This document shows, in pieces, positions 16,390 through 24,352 of a stretch of 44,567 nucleotides of DNA (the stretch's first letter is position 1; each line of letters starts with the position of its first letter). The translations under genes were made by a program, and so were the position numbers. The stretch spans positions 1 through 44,567 of IMG/VR virus record IMGVR_UViG_3300012921_000063; one strand, written 5' to 3'. The DNA comes from a virus (taxonomy: Duplodnaviria; Caudoviricetes). The notes beneath the pieces are model-generated. The model ran no database searches. It had not been told where the DNA came from and saw nothing but the letters and a program-made list of their open reading frames with translations.

Positions 16390-17756
16390 ATGTGGCTGTA
16401 CGTCCCGGCGTCGACCTCATCAGCCTCTGCACCGGCGGAGGCGGGCTTGATCTCGGCGTCGAGCTGGCAATTCCAGGCGCTCGCGCAGTCTGCATGGTGG
16501 AGAGGGAAGCATTCGCCGTCGCGCACCTGGTGGCAGCGATGGAACAGGGCCTCCTTCATCCGGCTCCTCTGTGGAGCGATGCCCGAACCTTCGACGGCCG
16601 AGCTTGGCGTGGCTGCGTGGACGGCCTCATTGGCGGCATCCCGTGCCAGCCGCATAGCGAGGCCGGCAAGCGGCTCGGTAAGCAGGACGAGCGCGACCTC
16701 TGGAGCCCGACCCGGCGCATCATCGTCCAGTCGCAGCCGTGGTTTGTGTTCATCAAGAACGTCCGCGGCATGCTCTTCAGCGGCGGATTCGAGCGGGTTT
16801 GGCGAGACCTTCAGCGGCTTGGTTTCACGGTTGAACCAGGACTGTTTACGGCGGCAGAAGTCGGCGCTCAGCACGAAAGAGCTAGGCTTTTCATCCTCGC
16901 AGTGGATGACGCCGGATGTCCCGAATGGCGGCCGGACGCTTATGCCCGGAACTTCACCGACGGGCCGGCGGCCGGACGGATCGAAGGCGCAGGTCGGGCT
17001 GCAGAACCAGGTCCTCTCGTGGCCGACGCCGAACGCGACGGACGGGGAGAACGGCTCGGCCGGCCAGGTGTTCGCGCGGGGGAATCTCAGCCTGACGGCC
17101 GCCGCGGCGATGTGGCCGACACCGCGAGCATCGGAGGGGAACGAGGATTTCGCCAAGGTAGAGCGCTCAAGCACCGGGGTGTCGCTGCCGACGATGGCGG
17201 CGATTTGGTCGACGCCTCGTGCATCGGATGGGGAGAAGGGCAGTCCAAACCAAGCTCCGGGACAGGGCGGTGGTGTTCCGCTGTCGGCGCAGGCGCACAA
17301 GTGGCGAACGCCGCAAGCGATGGATGCGGAGCGCGGCTCGAACGGGACCTGGGAGCCCCAGGCGAAGGCTGGCGAGCATTCTCTTCGACATCAAATCGAG
17401 AAATGGAAGACGCCGCGGACGGTCTTCGGAAGCTACACGCGGGACAATGGCGATCCGGAGAAGCGTCGACCGTCGATCGACGGGCAGGCCTTGGCCTTTT
17501 CGCGCCTGGCCCCTCAGAGCGAGACGCTTGGCGAGACGTCCTCGAGCGAGCGCCGGAGCTTGAACCCGCTATTCGTCGAGTGGCTGATGGGGTGGCCGCC
17601 GATGTGGGTTCGCGTGTGGACGAACTCCGGCTGCTCGGCAACGGCGTTGTCCCGCTGGAAGCGGCATATGCGTTCCGCACTCTCGCAACACGCCTCGCCG
17701 CCGCCGGCTCCGCCGGCGCAACTCGGCTTGTTCGGATGATGGAGGCGGCGGAATGA
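16386..17756 (+). CDS. C5-cytosine DNA methyltransferase, catalytic frame (motifs I-VIII and X); motif VI reads KNV
   Basis: SLCTGGGG (I), GGIPCQPHS (IV), DERDLW (V), FIKNV (VI variant), QHERARLF (VIII), LRLLGNGVVP (X). Confidence 0.85.
   Translation: MNVAVRPGVDLISLCTGGGGLDLGVELAIPGARAVCMVEREAFAVAHLVAAMEQGLLHPAPLWSDARTFDGRAWRGCVDGLIGGIPCQPHSEAGKRLGKQDERDLWSPTRRIIVQSQPWFVFIKNVRGMLFSGGFERVWRDLQRLGFTVEPGLFTAAEVGAQHERARLFILAVDDAGCPEWRPDAYARNFTDGPAAGRIEGAGRAAEPGPLVADAERDGRGERLGRPGVRAGESQPDGRRGDVADTASIGGERGFRQGRALKHRGVAADDGGDLVDASCIGWGEGQSKPSSGTGRWCSAVGAGAQVANAASDGCGARLERDLGAPGEGWRAFSSTSNREMEDAADGLRKLHAGQWRSGEASTVDRRAGLGLFAPGPSERDAWRDVLERAPELEPAIRRVADGVAADVGSRVDELRLLGNGVVPLEAAYAFRTLATRLAAAGSAGATRLVRMMEAAE
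16390..17739 (+). CDS. Overlapping +1-frame product with six WxTP modules and motif IX (candidate second MTase subunit)
   Basis: 449 codons open; WMTP, WPTP, WPTP, WSTP, WRTP, WKTP; LNPLFVEWLMGWP; ends QLGLFG. Confidence 0.75.
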   Translation: MWLYVPASTSSASAPAEAGLISASSWQFQALAQSAWWRGKHSPSRTWWQRWNRASFIRLLCGAMPEPSTAELGVAAWTASLAASRASRIARPASGSVSRTSATSGARPGASSSSRSRGLCSSRTSAACSSAADSSGFGETFSGLVSRLNQDCLRRQKSALSTKELGFSSSQWMTPDVPNGGRTLMPGTSPTGRRPDGSKAQVGLQNQVLSWPTPNATDGENGSAGQVFARGNLSLTAAAAMWPTPRASEGNEDFAKVERSSTGVSLPTMAAIWSTPRASDGEKGSPNQAPGQGGGVPLSAQAHKWRTPQAMDAERGSNGTWEPQAKAGEHSLRHQIEKWKTPRTVFGSYTRDNGDPEKRRPSIDGQALAFSRLAPQSETLGETSSSERRSLNPLFVEWLMGWPPMWVRVWTNSGCSATALSRWKRHMRSALSQHASPPPAPPAQLGLFG

Positions 17757-18322
17757 AGCCGCTACTCGACTATCCTCAGAACACGCAGCGGCGACGGGCT
17801 GACGAACTCGTCCCAGACGACGCCGGGGTATTCCGCGACGCTAAAATCGACGGTGCCGGTCCAGTAGCCGTTGAATACGTGCTCCTGGCTCATGCCCTGG
17901 TCAGGGTAGCCCTGGACGGCGTGGATGTTGCCGCGATGCACCGGTGCCGCCGGATCGACCAGCTCCACCTCGTAGATCGTGTCACCGGGCGTCAGCTGGT
18001 TCCGGTAGGCGCGAGCGGTTGCGATGTTGTCGGTGTGGAAGGTCGAGGAGAGACGGGAAGGCTTGTTCGGGAACCGCTGCTGGCGGAAAGCCTCGTTGGC
18101 CATCTCGCGCGTCCAGAGGGCATGGCCCGGCCCGCCTTCGAGGATGATCCTGCCGAAGTTGCCGGGCAGGATGACGTCGCCTGCCTCGTGCTTGTCGCGG
18201 GTCGAGTGGTAGCGCGGCATCGCCGTGAATTCGTTGCGTTCGGGGTCAAGCGTCATGTCGTCATCAGCCTGCGCATTCGCAAGTCGGTTCGCGCCGGAAG
18301 ACGCGAGGGCCGACGCCGATGA
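17753..18322 (+). other. Sense 'bridge' ORF 3 (189 codons); coding status uncertain
   Basis: ATGA overlaps at 17753-17756 and 18319-18322; in register with the antisense gene. Confidence 0.4.
17762..18256 (-). CDS. Antisense accessory gene: DUF2441-like / ADP-ribosyltransferase-fold protein
   Basis: RYHSTRDKHEAGDVILPG, E..R..RFPNKPSRLSSTF, IYEVEL and a terminal W-D-E. Confidence 0.65.
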   Translation of the reverse strand: MTLDPERNEFTAMPRYHSTRDKHEAGDVILPGNFGRIILEGGPGHALWTREMANEAFRQQRFPNKPSRLSSTFHTDNIATARAYRNQLTPGDTIYEVELVDPAAPVHRGNIHAVQGYPDQGMSQEHVFNGYWTGTVDFSVAEYPGVVWDEFVSPSPLRVLRIVE

Positions 18323-19506
18323 GCAACGAATGTTCGGCCATCGTCTGGAAACGCGACTTCGGAGGCGCCAGCCGCAAGCTGATCGCCGCTCGGCTCGCCG
18401 ACCACGCCGATGACGAAGGGCGCGGCATCTGGCCCAGCGTCGAGCGGGTCGCGGCGCAGTGCAACGTTTCGCCGCGCACCGTGCAGCGCGTGCTGGCGGA
18501 CTTCGTAGACGAGAAAATCCTTGTCATCGTCGACGAAGGCGGGCGCGGGCGCGGCAGCACCCGCCGCTACGATTTCAATATGGCCGTGGTGAAGGGGCTG
18601 CCGGTCGCAAAATGGAAGCCGGACGAGCCTGCCGAAATCAAGGGTGACACGGTGTCACCCTTGGAATCTCAGGGTGACAACGAGGCGCCTAAGGGTGACA
18701 GCGGCGACGTCTTAGGGTGTCACGGTGACACCCAAACCGCCATAGAACCACCAGTAGAACCTCCAGTTGTGAGTGTGCGCGAGCGCGCGGGCGAGGAAGA
18801 GGGCGAAAACCGGAAAGCGGTCGAAAAGGCGTTCGAGCGAGCCTGGCAGGCGTGGCCGACATCGGTCGGCAATAGCCGGCCGGATGCGTGGAAGGCGTGG
18901 CTGGCGCTGACGCCTGCCGAGCGCGTGGCGGCGGCCGAAGAGGCGCAGCGCTACGTCGCTGCGGTGAGGGCGGTTCACAGCAAGGTCTGCGCCCATTCGA
19001 AGTATCTGAGCGAGCGGCGCTGGATACACAATTTGCCGCCGAAGCCGGAAGCCGCGGCCGAGCCGGTCGAGGCAAAGCCGCTCGGCAAGGCGTGGATGGC
19101 GCTCTGGTACCAGGGAATCCTCGGCGGGCCGGATCCTCGCTTCGCGCCGCGGCTGACGAGCTGGGAGCAGTCCCTCGTCGACCAGGGCAAGGCCGACGCG
19201 CAGGAGCTCTTGCGGCAGAAGGTGACCCGCGACGGCTATCCCGAGGTGAAGCGGCTGAACGAGGGCCTGCGCTACCGCACCGTGCCGCGGGTCGAGCCGG
19301 CGCTCGCGGCGCTGGCGGCAGACTTCAAGGCAGTGCATGTCGGCGACGAAATCTGGGAGGCGTGGAAGGCGCTGCACGCCGAGCGCGGCTGGCCCTGGCT
19401 GCCCGATCTCGGCTGGATCGAATGGGTGCACTTCCCGCCCGGCGGACCGGATGGGCTGAAGGCGTTCGAGGAAGCGGTGAAGGCGCTCGGTGGAGGGAAG
19501 GCATGA
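18319..19506 (+). CDS. Replication initiator (N-terminal winged HTH)
   Basis: LADHADDEGRGIWPSVERVAAQCNVSPRTVQR; FERAWQAWP; internal iterons. Confidence 0.85.
   Translation: MSNECSAIVWKRDFGGASRKLIAARLADHADDEGRGIWPSVERVAAQCNVSPRTVQRVLADFVDEKILVIVDEGGRGRGSTRRYDFNMAVVKGLPVAKWKPDEPAEIKGDTVSPLESQGDNEAPKGDSGDVLGCHGDTQTAIEPPVEPPVVSVRERAGEEEGENRKAVEKAFERAWQAWPTSVGNSRPDAWKAWLALTPAERVAAAEEAQRYVAAVRAVHSKVCAHSKYLSERRWIHNLPPKPEAAAEPVEAKPLGKAWMALWYQGILGGPDPRFAPRLTSWEQSLVDQGKADAQELLRQKVTRDGYPEVKRLNEGLRYRTVPRVEPALAALAADFKAVHVGDEIWEAWKALHAERGWPWLPDLGWIEWVHFPPGGPDGLKAFEEAVKALGGGKA
18639..18733. repeat. Replication-origin iterons (GGGTGACA / TGTCACCC)
   Basis: Palindrome caagggtgacac-g-gtgtcacccttg 18639-18663; agggtgaca at 18671 and 18692; gggtgtcac-g-gtgacaccc 18715-18733. 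Confidence 0.78.
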
Positions 19507-20126
19507 TGCGGCCTGACTACGATCTTTCCACGCGCGAGGTGCTTGCCCTTGAGCGCGGTCGACAGAAGGCCGAGCTGATCGCCTGGCTTCGGCGCGAGGC
19601 TGCTTCGCGTAATGGGGACATGTTCTGGTACGTGGCCCAGACAAGGTGGCGTGCTGATTCGGTTGCTGGCGAATTGCGCGGGCAGGGAATCGAGGCTGTA
19701 TGTCCGAAATCGCGCTACTGGCAGCGTTATCCGGGGAGCCGTTCGCGCTTCCCTGTGGAGAAACCGGTCTTCGGAAACTACCTCTTCGTGCGCACGCTGA
19801 AGGCCGAGTCGGCATGGGTCGGTGTTCTCAGCTTCGAGGGCATCAAGTCGCTGCGCGGCGATGGCGAACGGCCTCTGCCGATCACCAAGAAGGAAGAGGC
19901 GCAAATCCTTGCGCTGCTTGAGGATGCGAGCACGATCGCCGATCGGGAGGCAAACCCGATCGCGGTCGGCGACAAGGTTCTGCATCCGCTCGGCAGCATC
20001 GCCGAACTGCATGGCGAAGTGCTTGAGCTCGACCCAGTGAAGCGGGAGGCTCTGGTCTCGACTGTGCTGTTCGGTCGTGAACTCAGCACACGATGCAGTA
20101 TTGACGATCTCGAAAAGCTCGCTTAG
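19503..20126 (+). CDS. NusG/RfaH-family transcription antiterminator (late regulator)
   Basis: WYVAQT...PVFGNYLFVR (NGN domain); VGDKV and VLFGRE (KOW domain); Q-equivalent position. Confidence 0.85.
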   Translation: MMRPDYDLSTREVLALERGRQKAELIAWLRREAASRNGDMFWYVAQTRWRADSVAGELRGQGIEAVCPKSRYWQRYPGSRSRFPVEKPVFGNYLFVRTLKAESAWVGVLSFEGIKSLRGDGERPLPITKKEEAQILALLEDASTIADREANPIAVGDKVLHPLGSIAELHGEVLELDPVKREALVSTVLFGRELSTRCSIDDLEKLA

Positions 20127-20274
20127 CCATTCGCTCCACAAGGCCCCTGGAGACAGGACTGGCAACTCCGCCCTAGCAGCGGAATGAGACCGCCCTCCAA
20201 CCCTGACCCGGCTTAGTATACGGCACGCTCGCCGAACTGATGCACCGGGTCGCTGTCGAAGTGATTCCCCTCAC

Positions 20275-20658
20275 ATGCCAACGATGCCGCCGGTCTTCCG
20301 GTCGCGGACAGCTCCAACGCCTCTCGAACGTGATCGAGATCGGGATCGCCGCCGAGACGAAGCCGAACAGCGTCGATGGTACAAGACGGCGCGCTGGCAG
20401 AAGCTGAAGGTGGCAGTGCACGAGCGGGACAGTTACCTCTGCCGGGCCACCAACGTCATATGCTTAGGCAAGTATCCAGCCGATGACAGCCCAGTCGCCG
20501 ATCACGTGATCGAGCCGAACGGCGACGCTGACCTCTTCTGGGACATGGACAACATCCGGACCGTGTCCAAGGCCTTCCACGATGGCGAAAGGCAGCGCGA
20601 ACAGATCGCCCAGAGGGGCCGCGGGGCGGTCAGAAAGTTCCCAGCCTCTCAACGCTAG
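20275..20658 (+). CDS. Packaging-associated HNH endonuclease
   Basis: WYKTARWQKL, VADHVIEPNGDADLFWDMDNIRTVSKAFHD; immediately upstream of terS. Confidence 0.85.
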   Translation: MPTMPPVFRSRTAPTPLERDRDRDRRRDEAEQRRWYKTARWQKLKVAVHERDSYLCRATNVICLGKYPADDSPVADHVIEPNGDADLFWDMDNIRTVSKAFHDGERQREQIAQRGRGAVRKFPASQR

Positions 20659-20715
20659 ACCGGCGGGCTGGTGATTTTGTTTTGCGCGCGGGTTTTCGCG
20701 AAATTTTTTTTGTTT
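20612..20715. other. Candidate cos/packaging site region
   Basis: G-rich run, GACCGGCGGG, CGCGCG and a T-tract between HNH and terS, the usual cos position in HNH-terS-terL phages. Confidence 0.45.
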
Positions 20716-20729
20716 GGAGCTGCAGCGTC

Positions 20730-21326
20730 ATGGGTCGCAGGGGTCCGAAGCCCGAGCCGTCCAGCGTGAAGCTGGCGAAGGGCAATTCCGGTCATCGGCC
20801 GATCGGCGAGGAACCGACGGCCGAGCAGGTCGAGGCCAACGCCGCAGCGGCCGTCAAGGTCGAGGCGCCGGCCTGGCTGAAGAAGGAAGGCCTCGAGGTG
20901 TGGGAGCGCCTGGCGCCGAGGCTGCTCGGACAGAAGCTGCTCTTCCCGATCGACGCCGAGACGTTCGGCCGCTACTGCACCAACTTCGCCCGTTGGCTGA
21001 AGATGCAGGCGGTGCTCGACGCCGAGGGCGAGACCTACGAGAGCGAGAGCCCGCACGGCAAATACAAGCGGGCGCATCCGGCTTACCTGATCGGTGATCG
21101 CCTGGAGAAGCAGCTCGCCGCGGCCGAGGCGAACTTCGGTCTCAACCCGGCCGAGCGTCAGCGGCTCTATGCGGCACGCGCTGCAGCTGCCGGTGCCGGC
21201 GGCCAGCTGTTCGGCGACCTGCCGACCCAGCGTCGGCCGGATAGGGCCACGCCCTCGTCGGTGGCACCGCCACAGCAGCAGCCGACGACGGCCGCCGGCA
21301 AGTCGGCGATCGGGTTCCTGCAGTAA
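20730..21326 (+). CDS. terS: Terminase small subunit (P27 family)
   Basis: MGRRGPKPEP..KLAKGN; APAWL; HPA; FGLNPAER. Confidence 0.9.
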   Translation: MGRRGPKPEPSSVKLAKGNSGHRPIGEEPTAEQVEANAAAAVKVEAPAWLKKEGLEVWERLAPRLLGQKLLFPIDAETFGRYCTNFARWLKMQAVLDAEGETYESESPHGKYKRAHPAYLIGDRLEKQLAAAEANFGLNPAERQRLYAARAAAAGAGGQLFGDLPTQRRPDRATPSSVAPPQQQPTTAAGKSAIGFLQ

Positions 21327-21332
21327 CGCCAC

Positions 21333-23063
21333 ATGACGCAGGCGAGCGCCGCGCGCCGGCGAAGGCGTGCCAGGCCGCGCGGCGTAGAGTTGGGAGCAAA
21401 GTGGGACGCCAAGCGCCGTCTGTGGAGCGTGGGCGATTTCTGGTTCGATGAGGCCGCGGCCGACAAGGCGGTGGGTTTCTTCCCGGAGTACCTTGTCTTC
21501 ACCAAGGGTGAGTGGGCGGGGCGGCCGTTCATCCTTGAGGCGTGGCAGGCTGACGACATCGTGAGGCCGACCTTCGGGTGGAAGCGGCCGGACGGGACGC
21601 GGCGATATCGGCGGGTCTTCGTCTGGGTGCCGCGCAAGAACGGCAAGACCGAACTCGCCGCCGGCGTCGCGCTGCTTGTGCTTGTCGGCGACGCCGAGCT
21701 GGGCGGCGAGGTCTACGCAATCGCATCGCACGAAGACCAGGCGCGCATCGTGTTCAATGCGGCCAGTTCCATGGCCGGGCGCTCGCCGACGCTGTCGGCA
21801 GATCTGGTGCCTCTGAAGACGTCGATCTACTGTCCGGCGCTGAACGCCGGCTTCAAGCCGTTGTCAGGCAAGGCCGAAGGCAAGCACGGCTTCAACATGT
21901 CGGGACTGGTCGGCGACGAAATCCACGAGTGGACGAGCGGCGACCTCTACCAGTTCATTCATGACTCATCGGACGCCAGGCGGCAGCCGCTCGAATTCCT
22001 GATCTCGACCGCGGGCAAGAAAGGCTCCTACGGCGAGGAAGCGTGGGATGAGTGCCAGAAAATCCTCGACGGCACGATCAAGGATCCGGAAACCCTCGTC
22101 GTGATCTACGCCGCCGGCCTCGATGATGACTGGACTTCGGAAGACGTCTGGCGGAAGGCGAATCCCAATCTCGGCGTCTCAAAGAAGCTCGACGCGATGC
22201 GCGCAAACGCGCTGCGCGCGCGCCAGCTGCCGCGCCTGGAGAACGCGTTCAAGAACTATCATCTGAACATCTGGACCGAGCAGGCGGTCCGGTGGCTTCC
22301 GATGGATGCGGTCGACGATGAGGGCCGGCGGTTCGGGTGGAACCATTGCGTGGGGCCTGTCGGGTGGAAAGACCTGCCGGCAAAGCTCCGGCACAAGCGC
22401 TGCTTCGGCGGGCTCGACCTCTCGTCGACGACCGACCTTTCGTCGCTGATCTGGTGGTTCCCCATACAGGACGGCCTGCCGATTCCGGCGGTGCTTGCCC
22501 GGTTCTTCAAGCCGGCGGACCTGGTGAAGGCGCACGGCAAGCGGGACAAGCTCCCTTACGAGCAGTGGGTAAAGGACGGCGCGATTATCGCCACGCCCGG
22601 CAACGTGATCGACTACGCGTTCATCCAGCAGCAGATTTACGCCGACGCCGAAAAGTTTCGGATCGCGCATGTCGGTAATCAGGAGCGGAAGCCCGACGAA
22701 GGCGGCCTGGCAATCGACCGCTGGAATGCGACCGAAACGGCCGTGAAGCTGCAGCAGGAAGGCCTACCGGTTGTTCTGTTCGGGCAGGGGTTCGCGTCCA
22801 TGTCGCCGCCCTCGAAAGAGCTGGAGCGGCTCGTGCTCTGCAACGGCTTCCACCATGGAGGCCACCCGGTGCTGAAGCGACATGCGCAGGTCGTCGCGGT
22901 CGAGGAAGACGCGGCTGAGAATTTGAAGCCTGCGAAGAACAAGTCGACGGAACGCATTGACGGGATCGTGGCGCAGATCATGGCGCTGGGCATCGCGGCA
23001 AAGGACAAGGGCGACGACGCTGGCATGAAAAGCTTCTTCGACAGCCTGGCAGGTGCAGCGTGA
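21333..23063 (+). CDS. terL: Terminase large subunit
   Basis: Walker A VPRKNGKT, Walker B VGDEIH, ISTAG, nuclease GGLDLS, RIDGIVA. Confidence 0.95.
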   Translation: MTQASAARRRRRARPRGVELGAKWDAKRRLWSVGDFWFDEAAADKAVGFFPEYLVFTKGEWAGRPFILEAWQADDIVRPTFGWKRPDGTRRYRRVFVWVPRKNGKTELAAGVALLVLVGDAELGGEVYAIASHEDQARIVFNAASSMAGRSPTLSADLVPLKTSIYCPALNAGFKPLSGKAEGKHGFNMSGLVGDEIHEWTSGDLYQFIHDSSDARRQPLEFLISTAGKKGSYGEEAWDECQKILDGTIKDPETLVVIYAAGLDDDWTSEDVWRKANPNLGVSKKLDAMRANALRARQLPRLENAFKNYHLNIWTEQAVRWLPMDAVDDEGRRFGWNHCVGPVGWKDLPAKLRHKRCFGGLDLSSTTDLSSLIWWFPIQDGLPIPAVLARFFKPADLVKAHGKRDKLPYEQWVKDGAIIATPGNVIDYAFIQQQIYADAEKFRIAHVGNQERKPDEGGLAIDRWNATETAVKLQQEGLPVVLFGQGFASMSPPSKELERLVLCNGFHHGGHPVLKRHAQVVAVEEDAAENLKPAKNKSTERIDGIVAQIMALGIAAKDKGDDAGMKSFFDSLAGAA

Positions 23064-24352
23064 AGCTTCCGCTTCTTCGCAAGATGGCGAATGCGGTCGT
23101 GCGGATTCTGGCTCCGCGCGATCCGGACGGGTGGTATCCGGGCGGCTCGCTGCCCGACGCCGGCGAGCGGGTCGATGAAGGCAATGCGTTGGCGATCTCG
23201 GCCGTGTGGGCGTGTGTCAACCTGATCGCCGGCACGATCTCGTCTCTCCCCTTGATGGTCTATCGGACCGGTCCCGACGGTGCCCGGACGGTAGCGACCG
23301 ACCATCCGCTTTATCGCCTGCTGCATGACAGCCCGAACTTCGAACAGACAGCGGTCGACTTTTGGGATTTCGTAGCGGCGTCGATCGAGCTCTGGGGTAA
23401 TGCCTACGCCCGCATCGTCCGCTCCGGGGGGCGTGTCGTGTCGATCATCCCAATCGCACCAGCGCTGGTCACCGTTCGCCGCCTGAAGAACGGGTCTCTC
23501 GAATACCGCTGGACTGACGACGGCCAGGCGTTCGTGGAAACGGAAGCAACCATGTTCCACGTGCGTGGCCCGGGCGGCAATCCCATCGGCGGCATGTCGA
23601 CGCTCACCTTCGGCCGCCACACCTTCTCGCTCGCGCGAGCACAGGACAAGGCGGCCGGAAAGACGTTCGCCAACGGTCTGCGCCCGTCCGGCGCGCTGAA
23701 GTTCAAGAGCTGGCTGTCGGAGGATCAGCGCAAGCTGGCGCGCAGCGAGCTCGCCGAGAAGATCGGCGCGGAGGGAACGGGCAAGCCGCTCGTGCTCGAG
23801 GGCGACACCGACTGGGTGCCTTTCAGCATCAATCCCGAAGATGCCCAGATGCTGGAGAGTCGCGGCTTTTCGGTCGAGGAGGTCTGCCGCTTCTTCGGCG
23901 TTCCGCCCTTCATGGTCGGGCACACGGAGAAGAGCACCTCTTGGGGCACTGGCCTTGAGCAGCAGACGCTCGGCTTCCTCAAGTTCACACTGCGCCGCCG
24001 ATTGAAGCGTATTGAGCAGGCACTCGCAAAGCAGTTGCTCACCCCGCGCGAGCGAGCGGAGGGCTACATCATCGAGTTTGCAATCGAAGGACTGTTGCGC
24101 GCCGACAGCGGCGGCCGGGCAAAGTTCTATCAGCAGATGACGGCGATCGGCGCGATGACCATCAATGAGGTCCGCGCATTGGAAAACCTGCCGCCTGTTG
24201 AAGGTGGCGATGTGCCGCGAATGCAAATGCAGAACGCGCCGATCACGGAAGCCGAAGCTCTGGAAGAAACGCCAGCCGATCCCAAGACGATTGAGAGCGC
24301 CGTGACGTTGAGGTTGGTAGGCATTCGCGCCGCGAAAAAGGGCAAGCCATGA
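23060..24352 (+). CDS. HK97-family portal protein
   Basis: SAVWACVNLIAGTISSLPL, LWGNAY, PEDAQMLESR, FGVPP, INEVRALENLPP. Confidence 0.95.
   Translation: MKLPLLRKMANAVVRILAPRDPDGWYPGGSLPDAGERVDEGNALAISAVWACVNLIAGTISSLPLMVYRTGPDGARTVATDHPLYRLLHDSPNFEQTAVDFWDFVAASIELWGNAYARIVRSGGRVVSIIPIAPALVTVRRLKNGSLEYRWTDDGQAFVETEATMFHVRGPGGNPIGGMSTLTFGRHTFSLARAQDKAAGKTFANGLRPSGALKFKSWLSEDQRKLARSELAEKIGAEGTGKPLVLEGDTDWVPFSINPEDAQMLESRGFSVEEVCRFFGVPPFMVGHTEKSTSWGTGLEQQTLGFLKFTLRRRLKRIEQALAKQLLTPRERAEGYIIEFAIEGLLRADSGGRAKFYQQMTAIGAMTINEVRALENLPPVEGGDVPRMQMQNAPITEAEALEETPADPKTIESAVTLRLVGIRAAKKGKP

Noticed and set aside
8982-17756. Restriction-modification or BREX/DISARM system
   Set aside because: No cognate nuclease or other system genes recognised; these are orphan phage MTases in the early operon
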